Below are positions 20,905-30,965 of a stretch of 64,000 nucleotides of DNA, one piece after another; within the stretch, counting starts at the first letter, position 1; every line of letters starts with the position of its first letter. The stretch comes from Bacteroidales bacterium (GTDB taxonomy: Bacteria > Bacteroidota > Bacteroidia > Bacteroidales > F082). The stretch is taken from the NCBI GenBank assembly GCA_014860665.1, contig JACZJI010000048.1, positions 2,418-66,417 on the forward strand. Direction: 5' to 3'. A program made the position numbers and the translations under genes. The notes below the pieces were generated by a model. The model searched no databases and was not told where the DNA came from. It was given only the letters and a program-made list of their open reading frames with translations.

Positions 20905-21170
20905 CTCTCCCCGGCAAAAAGGGAGCCGTGCCTGTTTAGGCATAGCTTCCCCGGCAAAAAGTGAAGGCGTGCTCGTTTGAGCATTACTTCCCCAACGAAA
21001 AAGGGAGGCATGCTCGTTTGAGCATAGCTTCCCCAACGAAAAGTGAGGGCGTGCTCGTTTGAGCATGGCTTCCCCAGCAAAAAGTGAAGGCATGCTCGTT
21101 TGAGCATGGCTTCCCCAGCAAAAAGTGAAGGCATGCTCGTTTGAGCATAGCGCTCCCAACTAAAAGTGGA
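20905..21170. repeat. Tandem array of six 41-bp REP-like hairpin units plus a partial seventh
   Basis: Units start at 20905, 20946, 20987, 21028, 21069, 21110 and 21151 (partial). Example unit: cttccccagcaaaaagtgaaggcatgctcgtttgagcatgg. Each full unit carries an atgctc-gttt-gagcat-type hairpin. There are no unique spacers. Confidence 0.95.
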
Positions 21171-21184
21171 ACCATTATTATTTA

Positions 21185-21331
21185 ATGAAAGCTTCCACGG
21201 CTAAAGACTACTGCAACGGAGGAAAGAAAACAACCATCAGGCTTTCTGACATCGAATTTATCCGGCGATTTGCCCTGCACATCCGGGTTTTGCTCAGGAG
21301 ATACCTCTCCAACCAGGGTGGATCGATATGA
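21185..21331 (+). pseudogene. IS91-family (Y2 HUH) transposase fragment
   Basis: 21203-21283 translates as KDYCNGGKKTTIRLSDIEFIRRFALHI, which resembles the IS91 transposase C-terminal block KDY..GG....M.L...EFIRRF.LH.LP. Similarity is lost on both sides. Confidence 0.7.
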
Positions 21332-21522
21332 CAGTCGGAGGCTTGGGTTCAGCATCTTTTGCCTGAAGAAGAATGGAATTACACTCCCATGACCGTTGCA
21401 AGTACTTAAGGCACAATCATGCGCTTGCCAGTCACAGATTATCCAAAAAACACATTTTTTTATTTTCTTATTTAGTTACATTACAAATAACTACATTTGT
21501 ACTCACTTAAATACTCAGTACC

Positions 21523-22062
21523 ATGAAAAGATTCATTTTCACGCTGGGACTTGTTTTAATCTCATTCAGTATGTTTTCGCAAAATAGTATATATGACTTT
21601 ACGGTAAAGGATATCAACGGCCACGAATTTCCTTTAAGCCAGCTGAAAGGCAAAAAAGTCATGATCATCAATGTGGCCTCAAAATGTGGTTTTACCCCCC
21701 AATACAAAGAATTGGAGGAGATCTATCAAAAGTACAAGGACGATGGTTTTGTCATTGTAGGATTTCCTGCCAACAATTTTATGCATCAGGAACCGGGCAA
21801 CGACGAAGAAATTAAGACCTTCTGTACCTCAACCTATGGGGTTACATTCCCCATGATGTCGAAGATATCAGTTAAAGGAGGCGATATGGCACCTTTGTAC
21901 AAATGGCTCACAAAAAAACAGCTTAATGGTAAGTTAAGTTCGTCTGTCAAATGGAATTTCCAGAAATACCTTATCGGCAGAGACGGGAAAATCGATTATG
22001 TGATTAACCCCTGGATAAAGCCTGATAACAAAAAGATTGTCAGCTGGATTACAAGCAACTAA
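21523..22062 (+). CDS. Glutathione peroxidase family protein (Cys-type, with signal peptide)
   Basis: NVASKCGFTPQY, GFPANNF and WNFQKYLI. The active-site codon is TGT. Confidence 0.95.
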   Translation: MKRFIFTLGLVLISFSMFSQNSIYDFTVKDINGHEFPLSQLKGKKVMIINVASKCGFTPQYKELEEIYQKYKDDGFVIVGFPANNFMHQEPGNDEEIKTFCTSTYGVTFPMMSKISVKGGDMAPLYKWLTKKQLNGKLSSSVKWNFQKYLIGRDGKIDYVINPWIKPDNKKIVSWITSN

Positions 22063-22080
22063 AATTTTACAAAGGAATTT

Positions 22081-22854
22081 CTAGAACATTCCTTTTATAA
22101 GACCACCAGTGTGTGAAATAGTCTGGCCGGTAATGTACTGAGAATTTGGAGACAACAACCATGTTGCTAAGGACGCCAAATCCTCAGGTCTTCCCATTTT
22201 GCCCACCGGGATTTCTTTTTCCATATATCTCTTAGCTTCTTCAAAAGAAATTCCTTCGAGTTCGCTTTTTTTCCTGAAAATACGATCCATGGCAGCAGTA
22301 TCGTGATATCCTGGAGCCATCAGATTAACCGTAATTCCAAGTGATGCTACTTCACTTGACAGTGTTTTTGCAAACCCCATAACAGCAGCGCGTAAAGCAT
22401 TGCTTAAAATCAGATTAGGAATGGGTTGTTTCACTGAAATACTTTCCAGAAAAAGAATGCGTCCATAATGATTTTTTTGCATCATGGGCAATAGTCTTTG
22501 AATCAAGGCAATTTTCCAGCGTACGATAGTCCGCCAGCCTTCATCCCACTGTTGCATATTGATTTCACTGAAACCACCGGCAGGAGGCCCTCCGGCATTA
22601 ACGAAAATACCCGAGAGTTGATTGTTTTTATAATAATCTGCAATGTGCTGATGCGTTTCATCCAGCGATAAATCTGCAGAAAGTATATCTATCTGAGAGG
22701 GAAATTCAGCTTTCAGTGATTCAAGCTTTTCAGCTGTGCGGCTGACAGCTAAAACCCTGGCACCTTCAGCAGCTAAAGAAAGTGCAACTGCTCTTCCAAA
22801 ACCACTTCCGGCACCCCCTACCAAAAAATATTGATCTTTAATCTTTAAGTCCAT
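22081..22854 (-). CDS. Short-chain dehydrogenase/reductase (FabG-like SDR)
   Basis: GAGSGFG, NAGGPP, LSNALRAAV, VNLMAPGYHDT, GKMGRPED and YITGQ. Confidence 0.9.
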   Translation of the reverse strand: MDLKIKDQYFLVGGAGSGFGRAVALSLAAEGARVLAVSRTAEKLESLKAEFPSQIDILSADLSLDETHQHIADYYKNNQLSGIFVNAGGPPAGGFSEINMQQWDEGWRTIVRWKIALIQRLLPMMQKNHYGRILFLESISVKQPIPNLILSNALRAAVMGFAKTLSSEVASLGITVNLMAPGYHDTAAMDRIFRKKSELEGISFEEAKRYMEKEIPVGKMGRPEDLASLATWLLSPNSQYITGQTISHTGGLIKGMF

Positions 22855-22868
22855 AGCCCTGTATATTA

Positions 22869-23600
22869 TTAGTCTAATCCGGAGGCCAGCACATCTACAA
22901 TATGTGCCACCTTGATGGGAAGTTTGTGTTTTTGAATATATCCGTATTGATGCATCAGACAGGAAGAATCAGTAGAAACAATATATTCGGCTCCCGTATC
23001 CAGCGCATGCTGAACTTTTTGTTCAGCCATAGCGGTTGAAATGGGTTCGAATTTTACAGAAAAAGTTCCGCCAAAACCACAGCAGGTATGAGTGTCCTCC
23101 ATTTCCACCAACTCCAGTCCTTTTACATTCCTGAGAAGTGTCCTGGGCTCATCCTTTAAATGATATTCCCGCAAAGAAGCGCAAGAATCATGATAAGTGA
23201 TTTTATGTTCGAAAACCGATCCCAGGTCCGTTATTTGAAGCACATTTACAAGAAAATCAGTAATCTCAAAAATATTTTCTTTCAATGCCTTATATTCCAA
23301 ATGATAGGCTGTATTGTGAAATAATTCCTGATAAGAATTCCGAACAAATCCTATACAACTTGCAGAAGGCCCAACTACCGGACGTTCGTTAGAAAAATCA
23401 TTCAGAAATTTAATACCCAATTTTTTAGACTCGTCCCAAAAACCACTATTAAAAGCCATTTGTCCACAACAAGTCTGATTAGGATTATAATGAACCTTCA
23501 CACCGGCTTTTTCCAAAACCTTAACCATATTAAAAGCGGTCTGGGGATATATCTGGTCTATAAAACAAGGAATAAACAAATCTACGTCTGTAATTTTCAT
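22869..23600 (-). CDS. CCG-domain Fe-S protein (LutA/YkgE/GlcF-like)
   Basis: FIPCFID, QTCCGQ, YHDSC and TCCGFGGTFS. I moved the start to ATG 23600 because the track start overlaps aroA. Confidence 0.9.
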   Translation of the reverse strand: MKITDVDLFIPCFIDQIYPQTAFNMVKVLEKAGVKVHYNPNQTCCGQMAFNSGFWDESKKLGIKFLNDFSNERPVVGPSASCIGFVRNSYQELFHNTAYHLEYKALKENIFEITDFLVNVLQITDLGSVFEHKITYHDSCASLREYHLKDEPRTLLRNVKGLELVEMEDTHTCCGFGGTFSVKFEPISTAMAEQKVQHALDTGAEYIVSTDSSCLMHQYGYIQKHKLPIKVAHIVDVLASGLD

Positions 23601-23625
23601 ATTCTCAGTCTTTGAGGTAAAAAAA

Positions 23626-24885
23626 TTATTTTTCCTTAACCAACTTAAAACAGCCGGTGCTTTCGAGATCATTCCAATAATTTGGATAGGATTTCACTAC
23701 CACATCCGGGTCTTCAATTTTTACTTCATCATACAATAAGGCCAATGGTGCCAAACACATAGCAATTCTATGATCACCATAAGTATCAAAAACCAATGGC
23801 TCACCGGTTCTCTTGCCCGGTATCAGTTCGTAACCATTCCCCTTTTTCACAATTTGGGCACCAATTTTTCCAAGTTCATTCTGCATACTAGCTATGCGAT
23901 CTGATTCTTTGATCCGCAAGTGCTCAATACCAGTGAAAAATCCTTTAACTCCAAGAACAGCGCAGGCCGTCATTACCGATGGCACAATATCTGGAGCATC
24001 TGAAAAATCAAAACTAATTTCTGGTGATACTTTTCCTGAACGAGTCAGCACTACCCCGGTTTCTGTAAATTCTGTTTTAACGCCTAATTTTTCGAAAACT
24101 TCTACCAGAAAACGATCTCCTTGCGTGCTATTATCCTGAAGCCCTGGCAAGGTAATTTGCGCATTCGGCAGGAAAGCAACCATTTGATACCAGAAGGCTG
24201 CAGAACTCCAGTCAGACTCCACAGTCAATTTTCTTACAAAATAATGACCATGATGGACGTGGATTTCGTTGTCTTTTCTTTCAACCTCTACCAGAAAATC
24301 TTTCATAAGACGCATGGTCATATCAATGTAGGAAGTGGAAACAGCTTTACCGGTAAGTTTGATTTTCAATCCATTGCTGAAATGTGGCGCAATCATCATC
24401 ATAGCAGAAACAAACTGTGAGCTGGATGAAGCATTGATTTCAACCTCCTCTCCAGAGAATTTCTTTCCGAATATCATCAACGGAGGATAGCCCTCCTTTT
24501 CAGTATAGTTTATCTCTGCTCCCAGGCTTCTTAAAGCATCAACCAGATCGGCCACAGGTCTTTGCCGCATTCTCTCAGAGCCTGTTACCAACCACTTTCC
24601 AGGTTTCTGAGCAAGATAAGCAGTCAGGAACCTAAATACGGTCCCCGCATTATGTGCATCGATAACCATAGGAATTTTTGAGTCGGAACATGTTGTAATA
24701 AAACTCAGGTAAAGGCGCATCATGTATGTGTCATCCGATTCTGACAAATTATCGAAATGAACCAGCGCTTTTTCCAGAGCTCGCATCACCAATAAACGGT
24801 TACTGATACTTTTGGATGCTGGTAAAACAATCTCTGACTTCAGGTTTTCGCTCTTTTTCAATACTTTATACGCCTTCATAACCAA
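23626..24885 (-). CDS. aroA: 3-phosphoshikimate 1-carboxyvinyltransferase (EPSP synthase)
   Basis: ASKSISNR, AGTVFRFL, RPVADLVDAL, SSQFVSA, IKESDRI and DHRIAM. The start may be ATG 24879. Confidence 0.96.
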   Translation of the reverse strand: MVMKAYKVLKKSENLKSEIVLPASKSISNRLLVMRALEKALVHFDNLSESDDTYMMRLYLSFITTCSDSKIPMVIDAHNAGTVFRFLTAYLAQKPGKWLVTGSERMRQRPVADLVDALRSLGAEINYTEKEGYPPLMIFGKKFSGEEVEINASSSSQFVSAMMMIAPHFSNGLKIKLTGKAVSTSYIDMTMRLMKDFLVEVERKDNEIHVHHGHYFVRKLTVESDWSSAAFWYQMVAFLPNAQITLPGLQDNSTQGDRFLVEVFEKLGVKTEFTETGVVLTRSGKVSPEISFDFSDAPDIVPSVMTACAVLGVKGFFTGIEHLRIKESDRIASMQNELGKIGAQIVKKGNGYELIPGKRTGEPLVFDTYGDHRIAMCLAPLALLYDEVKIEDPDVVVKSYPNYWNDLESTGCFKLVKEK

Positions 24886-24886
24886 T

Positions 24887-25966
24887 TTATTTTTGTCTTC
24901 CTAAATAGAATTCAAGGCTTTGAACAAACAACGAGTCCTCAACCGGGACATCGAAAACACTCTCACCACAGTTTTTCAAAAGGCTAAAGCGTGAAAGGTT
25001 ACCCCTCACCTTTTTATCCTGCCGAGTCAACTGAAGCAATTCTTCAAACACAGAGGCAGGAAATGAAAGCCTGTTAAAACTTCTATCAATTATATCAATG
25101 ACTTTTTTCAAATCTTCATCTGACAGTCCTGTCAATTGGTTTGAGAGCCATGATTCGCAAATCATGCCAGCAGCCACGGCTTCTCCATGTGTGATTGGAT
25201 TCCCAGACTTTAAGAACCATGTTTCCAGAGCATGCCCAGCTGTATGTCCAAAATTCAGAATCTTTCTCAGACCTTTTTCCAAACCATCTTCTTCCACGAC
25301 CCTGATCTTATCGCGTGCAGAATTTATTATGATCATTTCTGAATCATCTTTAATCTGCTGATAAGAACGGTTCCCAATATTATCCAGGAGGGGCTTATCC
25401 ATTATAAACCCATACTTCAAGACTTCTGCAAATCCTGATTTCCATTGCAAATCGTCAAGCGTTTTAAGAAAAACAGGATCAACCACTACTGCTAAAGGAT
25501 TTGTAAAAGTTCCAATGTGATTTTTAAATTCCTGAAAATCAACACCAGTTTTACCCCCCAATGCAGCATCCACCTGTCCGAGTAATGTTGTCGGAATATT
25601 AATAAATGACATGCCACGTTTAAAAGTAGCAGCAGCAAATCCGCCCATGTCTGTTATTACACCACCTCCTAAATTTATCAAAAGGCTGTCACGACTGGCG
25701 GCCATTTCAGTTAATTTCTCCCAGATGAACGAAACGGTCTTCAGATTTTTAAATTCTTCCCCACTAGGCACTGAAATAATCCTATCAGCATCCAAAGTTC
25801 CGGCTTTCTCCAATAAAACAGGAAGACAATACTTTTGAGTATTTTCATCCACAAGAACAAATACTTTGGAAAATTCTTCAAAAAGTGTTTGAAGTTTTTC
25901 CAATGAATCCTTTCCCATCCAATAATTGACAGGATTCAAACCAGATTTCAGATTTTCTGACTGCAT
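24887..25966 (-). CDS. aroB: 3-dehydroquinate synthase
   Basis: GGGVITDMGGF, PTTLLGQVDAALGGKTG, SGFAEVLKYG, LNFGHTAGHALE, HGEAVAAGM and DKK. Confidence 0.97.
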   Translation of the reverse strand: MQSENLKSGLNPVNYWMGKDSLEKLQTLFEEFSKVFVLVDENTQKYCLPVLLEKAGTLDADRIISVPSGEEFKNLKTVSFIWEKLTEMAASRDSLLINLGGGVITDMGGFAAATFKRGMSFINIPTTLLGQVDAALGGKTGVDFQEFKNHIGTFTNPLAVVVDPVFLKTLDDLQWKSGFAEVLKYGFIMDKPLLDNIGNRSYQQIKDDSEMIIINSARDKIRVVEEDGLEKGLRKILNFGHTAGHALETWFLKSGNPITHGEAVAAGMICESWLSNQLTGLSDEDLKKVIDIIDRSFNRLSFPASVFEELLQLTRQDKKVRGNLSRFSLLKNCGESVFDVPVEDSLFVQSLEFYLGRQK

Positions 25967-26193
25967 CTTGCAAAGGTAGAATTTTGAATGGGATTCAGAT
26001 TAATTTTTTTAAAAACTTACTTATGGATAACCTCTTTTTCATCATTTTTTCAGCAAAAAACCGGAAATGATTTTGCAATGAAAATTTTATACCTGAACTT
26101 TGCATAGGAAGATTTATTTTTTGATTTGCATGCTAAGCCCGAAGAAAAAACGTTATTTATTCATTTAGTCAAAATCCCTTAAAAACACACCAC

Positions 26194-27420
26194 ATGGATT
26201 ATCCTGACCTCTTCCGTTACTTAAGAAATACAATTAATTACGAACAAGATGTAATTTCGACTCATTCGTCAGATGTTTACAATTTTACGTTTGAGTCAAA
26301 GGCAACAACCCTACTGCCTGGGACACTTAATTATCAATGCGACGAGCATCGACTAAAATTTGCTCTTTCAGAAGAAAGTCTTAAACCAGCTATTGATGAA
26401 AACCTTTTAATGTTAAAAAGTAAGGATATCCAAATAATTGAAAACAAAAGGTTTCGATATCATGTTTTTGTACCAAAAGATAAAACAAAAGCAAGTGGAG
26501 TTATTTTCATGTTTCATGGTTTCAACGAAAAAAAATGGGATAAATATTTTCCCTGGGCAGAAAGCCTGGTGAAAAAGACAGGAAAGGCAGTCCTGCTTTT
26601 TCCTATTGCATTTCACATGAACCGTGCTCCTCTTTTATGGAGCAGCCGCTATGAGATGTTTGAACTGAGCAAAAAAAGGATTTCTTCTTTTCCGGGAATT
26701 CAGAATTCAACTTTTCCAAATGTCGCTATAAGCATTCATTTACAATCACGACCAGAACGATTTATCTGGTCTGGCCTCCAAACTTATTTTGATGTAATTC
26801 AGCTTGTTGATCAAATAAAATCTGGACTTCATCCAGTAATCGAGAGAGACAGCAGCATAGATTTCTTTGCTTACTCCATCGGGGGTTTGCTTGCTAAAAT
26901 ACTGCTTATGGCAAACCACAAGAATTATTTCTCAGATTCCAAATTATGCCTGTTCTGTAGTGGGGCAGCATTTAACCGGGTTCAGGCAACTTCAAAATTT
27001 ATCATCGACAGTGAAGGCAGTATGGCTTTATATTCCTTCCTGATCGAACATTTGGATTATTTTGTCAGGACAGATTCGCGACTTGCTCATTATATCAGCG
27101 ACAAACACCCAGAAGGCTTGGCACTTTATAGTCTTCTCAATTATCATAAAATGACTGAATACAGAGATAAAAAGCTAAATGAATTGAGTAAGAAGATTAT
27201 GGCTGTAGGGCTAAAAAAAGACAACGTTTTTCCCTATTACGAAATTAAAAACACTTTACACGGTCTCGATGGCAACATTCCTATTAAAGTTCAAATACTT
27301 AATTTTGATTTCCCTTATATACATGAGGATCCATTCCCTGTAAACAAAAAATACGCAGAAGAAATCACCAGAGCATTTGAAGATACATTTGAATTAATGG
27401 GAAATTTTCTGAAAGATTAA
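26194..27420 (+). CDS. Uncharacterised alpha/beta-hydrolase-fold protein (DUF6051-like)
   Basis: FHGFNEKKWDKYFPWA, a nucleophile-elbow-like AYSIGG and a C-terminal HEDPFP. The DUF assignment is recalled, not searched. Confidence 0.65.
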   Translation: MDYPDLFRYLRNTINYEQDVISTHSSDVYNFTFESKATTLLPGTLNYQCDEHRLKFALSEESLKPAIDENLLMLKSKDIQIIENKRFRYHVFVPKDKTKASGVIFMFHGFNEKKWDKYFPWAESLVKKTGKAVLLFPIAFHMNRAPLLWSSRYEMFELSKKRISSFPGIQNSTFPNVAISIHLQSRPERFIWSGLQTYFDVIQLVDQIKSGLHPVIERDSSIDFFAYSIGGLLAKILLMANHKNYFSDSKLCLFCSGAAFNRVQATSKFIIDSEGSMALYSFLIEHLDYFVRTDSRLAHYISDKHPEGLALYSLLNYHKMTEYRDKKLNELSKKIMAVGLKKDNVFPYYEIKNTLHGLDGNIPIKVQILNFDFPYIHEDPFPVNKKYAEEITRAFEDTFELMGNFLKD

Positions 27421-27431
27421 TTCAAAAATCA

Positions 27432-27475
27432 TAAAACAAACAAGGCTGTCCATTCGGGCAGCCTTGTTTGTTTTA
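27432..27475. terminator. Bidirectional intrinsic terminator
   Basis: taaaacaaacaaggctgtcc-attc-gggcagccttgtttgtttta forms a hairpin between convergent genes. Confidence 0.9.
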
Positions 27476-27488
27476 AAACCATTTTATT

Positions 27489-28682
27489 TTAAGCTTTTAC
27501 AACTTCACTTACAAGTTTAGCAGCTTCGGCTAACTGAATAGCTGAAAGAACTTTTAAGCCTGATTGGTCAATCAGTTCTTTCCCTTCTTTAGCATTGGTT
27601 CCCTGAAGTCTTACAATAATCGGAATATCAATTTCACCGATATTTTTGTAAGCATCAACAATACCTTGAGCTACACGGTCACAACGGACAATTCCGCCAA
27701 AAATATTTACCAGAATCGCTTTTACACTAGGATCTTTCAAAATAATACGGAATGCCTGTTCTACCCTTTTAGCATCAGCCGTACCTCCAACATCAAGGAA
27801 GTTGGCTGGATCACCACCGGACATTTTAATCATATCCATGGTTGCCATTGCCAATCCTGCACCATTCACCATACAACCTACATTACCATCCAACTTTACA
27901 AAGTTCAGATCGTAACGACTGGCTTCAACTTCTGTAGGATCTTCTTCCAGAATATCGCGCATTTGTGCAATATCTTTATGGCGGAACAAAGAGTTATTAT
28001 CTATTACGACTTTCGAATCTGCAGCAAAAATTTTTCCATCAGCAGCTTTAATAACCGGATTGATTTCAAAAAGGCTGGCATCCGAACCTACATAAGCATT
28101 GTACAAAGCAGTTACAAAGGACACCATTTCTTTGAAAGCAACACCACTCAAACCCAGATTAAAAGCAATTCGGCGAGCCTGAAATCCCTGTAATCCAACT
28201 TTTGGGTCAACAACTTCATGGAAAATTTGCTCAGGAGTTTCAGCAGCAACAGCTTCGATGTTCATACCACCACGTGGTGAATACATGATCATGTTTTTGC
28301 CTTCATTACGATTCAATAACATGCTCATATAATATTCTTCAACTTTCTCAGGACCTTCGTAATAAATATTTTCTTCAATCAACACTTTGCGGACCAGTTT
28401 ACCTTCCTTTTTGGTCTGAGGGGTAACGAGATACATTCCAATAATCTGGTCGGCATAAGTTCTCACTTCGTCCAGGGACTTTGCAATCTTCACACCACCG
28501 CCTTTTCCACGACCACCGGCATGTATCTGTGCCTTTACAGCCCATTTATCCGAACCGTTATGTTTTTGAATAGTTTTAGCAGCTTCATACGCCTCGTCTG
28601 GTGAGGCAGCAACAACTCCGTAAGGTACAGACACTCCGTAGCCTTTAAGAATTGATTTTCCCTGATATTCGTGTAAATTCAT
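27489..28682 (-). CDS. sucC: Succinyl-CoA synthetase beta subunit
   Basis: [52 protein letters not shown] and IFGGIVRCD. Confidence 0.98.
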   Translation of the reverse strand: MNLHEYQGKSILKGYGVSVPYGVVAASPDEAYEAAKTIQKHNGSDKWAVKAQIHAGGRGKGGGVKIAKSLDEVRTYADQIIGMYLVTPQTKKEGKLVRKVLIEENIYYEGPEKVEEYYMSMLLNRNEGKNMIMYSPRGGMNIEAVAAETPEQIFHEVVDPKVGLQGFQARRIAFNLGLSGVAFKEMVSFVTALYNAYVGSDASLFEINPVIKAADGKIFAADSKVVIDNNSLFRHKDIAQMRDILEEDPTEVEASRYDLNFVKLDGNVGCMVNGAGLAMATMDMIKMSGGDPANFLDVGGTADAKRVEQAFRIILKDPSVKAILVNIFGGIVRCDRVAQGIVDAYKNIGEIDIPIIVRLQGTNAKEGKELIDQSGLKVLSAIQLAEAAKLVSEVVKA

Positions 28683-28827
28683 ACTTTTAGACTTTTATAC
28701 AATCATTAATGAAAGCCCAAAAATAGGATTTTTATCACTTTATCCCTTGTTAGAAAACCTTAAAATTATTGGAAATTTAAATTTAGAACGCTTTTTAAAT
28801 AAATACATCCTTTAAACACAAAACTGG

Positions 28828-29727
28828 TTACTGGTTCTGAAGAATTTCACGATAGCGATTTCCGTTAGCAGGATCTATCAAACTCATAATATTGACCATT
28901 TGTCTTTTTTCGTTTTCAGGTGCTTGCGAAAACATCTGTATCACTTCATTTCTTTTAGCGTCCAGTATTAACTGCAAGTCATATAATCCTGGGCGGTTTT
29001 CATATACTTGTCGTAAATATTGTAAAGAGGCCAGTACTGCCTTTTTTCCTGATTCCTCATCACTAGCCATAACATCAAGTCCCAAACGATGATATTGATA
29101 CAAAAATTGACGAAGCGGCTCATACGCCTTATTCATCATTTGTTCAACAAAATGATACCGATTTTGGGAACCTTCAACAGCTGTCCAACCTGGCATTCCT
29201 GAATTCTGTGCTGACTGAACAATACTCATAGCCTGCTGATAAAAAGGAGTTCCTCCATCCGGAGAAAAAGTATCAAAATCAACTCCCAGAATCATATATG
29301 CATAATAAGCCAAAAGTGAAGTAAGATTGTCTGAATAGCTGTTCTGGATAAAATTTATACTCTGCGAAGGTGTGTATTGGAACCTTACATCTTTATCAAT
29401 CATATTCAATAACGGAGAATGATAATCGGAATGATAGACCGGGCGCTCCATGATAATATGAAAAGTTCCTGAAAATTGATCAGAGCCAACAATCTGTTGG
29501 ATATTAAAAAGTAACGTACACTCTATACGCTCTGCGGGTGTAAAATCATAATTAGTCCATTTCCTGTTATTAAGAAACTCGGTCATGGCGGTTTTTAAAG
29601 AAGTAATTACACTTGGATCGTAATTCTGAACCTGCTGTGTATTAAGCTCAACCTTAAAATTAAATTCCTGAGCCGAGGCTATTTGCCCCAAAAGTAGAAA
29701 TGCAAAAAATAGTCCAAGGTGTTTCAT
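28828..29727 (-). CDS. porD: DUF4835 family protein (T9SS-associated PorD)
   Basis: Signal peptide then QEF, FLNNRKWT, NLTSLLAYYAY and DFDTFSPDGG. Conserved position downstream of coaBC in Bacteroidota. Confidence 0.75.
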   Translation of the reverse strand: MKHLGLFFAFLLLGQIASAQEFNFKVELNTQQVQNYDPSVITSLKTAMTEFLNNRKWTNYDFTPAERIECTLLFNIQQIVGSDQFSGTFHIIMERPVYHSDYHSPLLNMIDKDVRFQYTPSQSINFIQNSYSDNLTSLLAYYAYMILGVDFDTFSPDGGTPFYQQAMSIVQSAQNSGMPGWTAVEGSQNRYHFVEQMMNKAYEPLRQFLYQYHRLGLDVMASDEESGKKAVLASLQYLRQVYENRPGLYDLQLILDAKRNEVIQMFSQAPENEKRQMVNIMSLIDPANGNRYREILQNQ

Positions 29728-30932
29728 GGCATACCCCCTATCAAATTTTCAATTTCGGAAAGTATGTCAAATGCTATGGAATCTTTTGTTTTCAGAGGAA
29801 ATGAACTGGACGTACCATCTTTTTTTAAAACTGTGATTTTATTCGTGTCCACTCCAAAACCGGCACCTTCATCTTTCAATGAATTCAAAACAATCATATC
29901 CAGATTTTTACGTTCCAGCTTTTTCTTAGCATTAGAAAATTCATCATCAGTTTCAAGCGCAAAGCCCACCAAAATCTGATTATCTCTTTTAGCTTTTCCC
30001 AAACTTGCAAGAATATCAGGTGTAGGTTTGAGCTCTATCTTTTCGATTCCTTTTTCTTTTTTAATCTTTTCCGAAGCTACATTCACGGGAGTAAAATCAG
30101 CAACAGCTGCAGTCATCACTGCGATATCAACTTTTTCAAATGCCTTTGTACAGGCATGATACATTTCTTCTGCTGTGTTAACCGGTACCACGTGAATTCC
30201 AGGAAGATCTACTTTCAATGAAACGGGCCCCAAAACTAATTCCACCTCAGCACCTTTTGCTGAGAAAGCTTTCGCCAAGGCCAGACCCATTTTTCCTGAA
30301 CTGCGATTTCCGATAAAACGTACCGGATCAATCGGCTCGTATGTCGGCCCGGCACTAATAAGTATTTTCTTTCCCCTTAAAATCAGCCCCTGTTCAAAAA
30401 AAAAACTGATTTCAGCCAAGAGTTCTTCAGGCTCTTTCAATCGCCCCGGACCAGTAAGTCCACTGGCCAATTCACCGGAAGCAGGCTCAATGTAATGATA
30501 TCCTAATAATTGAAGTTTTTTAATATTTTCAGTCGTCGTAGGATGCTGAAACATATCAAAATCCATGGAAGGTGCAAATAAAATGGGGCATCTGGCTGAA
30601 AGTACCAATGTCATCAAAAAATTATCGGCCATACCGACAGACATTTTTGCCATAGAATTAGCTGTCAATGGTGCAATTATCATTGCATCAGCCCACAGAC
30701 CTAAATCCACATGACTATTCCATGTCCCATCACCCTTATCGAAAAAGTCGGTAAGTACAGGACGTCCGGAAACAGTTGCCAAAGTCAGAGGTGTAACGAA
30801 CTCCTTAGCGAAGCTGGTCATAACCACCTGGACTTCTGCGCCTTCTTTTTTTAATAAACGAACCAGCAAAGGGATTTTATAAGCAGCAATGCCACCGGTA
30901 ATGCCAACAATTATTTTTTTCCCTTTAAGCAT
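29724..30932 (-). CDS. coaBC: Phosphopantothenoylcysteine decarboxylase/phosphopantothenate-cysteine ligase
   Basis: GITGGIAAYK, APLTAN, APSMD, AGPTYEPIDPVRFIGNRSSGKMG, AAVADF and GFALET. Confidence 0.98.
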   Translation of the reverse strand: MLKGKKIIVGITGGIAAYKIPLLVRLLKKEGAEVQVVMTSFAKEFVTPLTLATVSGRPVLTDFFDKGDGTWNSHVDLGLWADAMIIAPLTANSMAKMSVGMADNFLMTLVLSARCPILFAPSMDFDMFQHPTTTENIKKLQLLGYHYIEPASGELASGLTGPGRLKEPEELLAEISFFFEQGLILRGKKILISAGPTYEPIDPVRFIGNRSSGKMGLALAKAFSAKGAEVELVLGPVSLKVDLPGIHVVPVNTAEEMYHACTKAFEKVDIAVMTAAVADFTPVNVASEKIKKEKGIEKIELKPTPDILASLGKAKRDNQILVGFALETDDEFSNAKKKLERKNLDMIVLNSLKDEGAGFGVDTNKITVLKKDGTSSSFPLKTKDSIAFDILSEIENLIGGMP

Positions 30933-30965
30933 GGAATGTGTTTAAAACACAAAGATAAGCTTCTT

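Noticed and set aside
20905-21170. CRISPR array
   Set aside because: The units are contiguous near-identical 41-mers with no unique spacers, and no cas genes occur in the window.
20878-21175. Track ORFs 20878-21159, 20895-21134 and 20984-21175
   Set aside because: These are artefacts of the repeat. The 41-bp period cycles through all frames and yields the same peptide motifs in each.
21523-22062. Selenocysteine glutathione peroxidase
   Set aside because: The active-site codon is TGT (Cys) and there is no in-frame TGA.
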